Shown here: positions 1 through 64,000 of the stretch, in pieces
How the letters are laid out: each line of letters begins with the position of its first letter
Position numbering within the stretch: position 1 is the stretch's first letter
Assembly: GCF_036321535.1 (NCBI RefSeq)
Contig: NC_087436.1
Span: forward strand, 104,844,001-104,908,000
DNA length: 64,000 nucleotides
Direction: 5' to 3'
From: Camelus dromedarius
Taxonomy: Eukaryota
Made by a program: the position numbers and the translations under genes
Notes under the pieces: model-generated
What the model saw: the letters and a program-made list of their open reading frames with translations, nothing else
Database searches by the model: none
Told to the model about the DNA's origin: nothing

Positions 1-555
1 GGAAGTGAGACATTGGGGATATCATGCTAAAAATAGCCCAGCCCTCTGTGGGGTGTCTCCACAGGGACTACAGTTAGGTAAACTCAAACCCTCAAAGCTC
101 ATAAGGCTTGAAAATTTCGATTCCATGAATTCTGATTACAAACAACCTGAGGGAAGCATTCAGTTCCCTAAAGACCAACCCAAACCGTGTGCAATGAGGG
201 AGGAGAGACAACCTGGAGGGAGGCCAGGAATACAGGTAGAAACCCCAGAAATATTACGAAACCCTGTTCTTTGGAACTGGAACAGTTTCCCTTCCACATA
301 CATTGAAAAGTATTGTCTATACTTTGACCTAACGTTAAAAAAAATATATGGACACGATCTGGGACAAAGCCATCAAATCTTTTATCCCCTGGGACACTTG
401 ATGGAATAAATGTTTTTCTACATCACACGGGAGAATTTTAAGTGCTTTGGGTCTGTGGAAGTGGGACAAGGGGTGGTCAAACAAAGAAACCCTCAAACAC
501 TTTAATGTGGTGGCTGCTGGATGAGAGAGGAGCCATGTGACCCTTTCTTATAAGC

Positions 556-726
556 CGGTGATTCTAGAACCAGCAGTAGCATCACATACGAGCTTGTTAG
601 CAAGGCAGCTTCTTGAGCCCCACCCAGGACCAAATGAAACCAGAATTCGAGCCAGGTTGCTCAGAGATGCGTCTTTTAACAAGCCCACCTGGTGACTGGG
701 ATGCAGGCTGAAGTTTGAGAACCACT
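556..726. mobile_element. MER5A-like hAT-Charlie element
   Basis: gagcttgttag...ccccacccag...tttaacaagccc...aagtttgagaaccactg. Confidence 0.75.
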
Positions 727-1639
727 GACAGAAGCCATTACTTTGCAGCGAGTGACTCGGAGCCTAGAGCCTGACCCAGGGCCACAGCCCTTAGGTGACC
801 TAAAAAAAGTGAGGGATGACTCAGCCAAGCTGCTAAGTGTGGCCAGGGCTGTACTGAGATGTCTGAGGGCACATGCAGGCACAGGGGATTCCAGAGTTGG
901 TCTAACCCCTACCCAGGGCATCCTGTCTTCACACCAGCCTCTCCTGAGGCCCGTCGGGGTCGGGACTTGGCCTGCTGTGGTGGCCCTTCCACAGGGAAAA
1001 AGGGCTGAGTCCTCTCAGACTCCCAATCTATTATTAGTTCCAATCCGCACAAATCCACCAGTGCCAAAGGGAAGCCGCTGAGAACTTTCGAAGGTGAGTT
1101 AACTGTTTCAGAGCAGCCGAGCGGCCCAAGCAAATTGTCTGAGCTGTTAGACCCAGCCACGCGCTTCCCAGAGCACAGAGCTGGCGCGAGCTGGGGATCC
1201 CTCGAGCAGGACCCCTGGCCTGGAGGCGGAATCCGAGTTGGCAACCAGCCAGTCCCAATCTGTGTCCCCAGGGCCAAAGATGCACCTGGATATATGTTTT
1301 TTAAAGCTGTTCGCGCACTTCAAGAGCCTCACCCCTTTCACTTGGGGCTTGAGCGCAATTGCATTGGCCTAATTAATTCATTTTCTTCTCGGTCCAAAGT
1401 GGAAGCCGTGGCCCAGGGATGCAAATCAAATCCAAAGCCGCTTTGGGCGCTGATACTCTGGACAATTAAAACAAAGAGCTCGGCGGCGGCGGCGCCAGCC
1501 CCGCACAAAACCCTCGAGAAGCATCCAGAACGTGCCACGAACCAGCCGGCAGGGTGGGGCACAACCCGGGCTAAAAATATGTCTGCAGGGAGACGGCCCC
1601 ACCCCTGTAGGTGGACAGGTGTTTGTTGGCAGGGGTCAA

Positions 1640-63890
<62,251 letters not shown>

Positions 63891-64000
63891 GAGCCACAAT
63901 AAACAATAAAATAAAAGGAAATATTAAAAAGCATCTTGGGGTGTAGGAGAGATTAGATGGGCATTGAGAAGAAGGCCACAAAGTCAGCTAGGAGAATGAG

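Noticed and set aside
1040..1059. ERSE-like CCAAT...CCAC element (tempting for a SEL1L paralogue)
   Set aside because: Spacing is 10 nt and the half-site is CCACC; the consensus is CCAAT-N9-CCACG.

Overview
Mammalian genomic DNA, most likely camelid, judged from a Vic-1-like tRNA-derived SINE and artiodactyl-type L1 3' ends. The window holds the 5' part of SEL1L3 on the + strand: a CpG-island promoter (~1.6-3.1 kb) and coding exons 1-12 (2490-63534). These splice with GT-AG boundaries and consistent phases into an uninterrupted 664-codon frame; the gene continues past the window. The introns are filled with ordinary mammalian repeats (MIR, L2, L1, MLT1, an ERV1-type solo LTR, hAT MER elements), several of them nested, plus a U6 snRNA retrocopy. 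I found no convincing novel biological system, no prokaryotic features and no CRISPR array. The most notable observations: (i) the codon matching human/mouse Met1 is TCG, not ATG; (ii) a possible intronic polyadenylation isoform after exon 10; (iii) a full-length U6 retrocopy with TSD inside an old L1; (iv) inverted L1 3' fragments bracketing exon blocks; (v) an antisense solo LTR with CCAAT/TATA-like/polyA motifs just after exon 2. Orthologue comparisons and repeat family names come from recalled sequences, not searches, and repeat boundaries are approximate.
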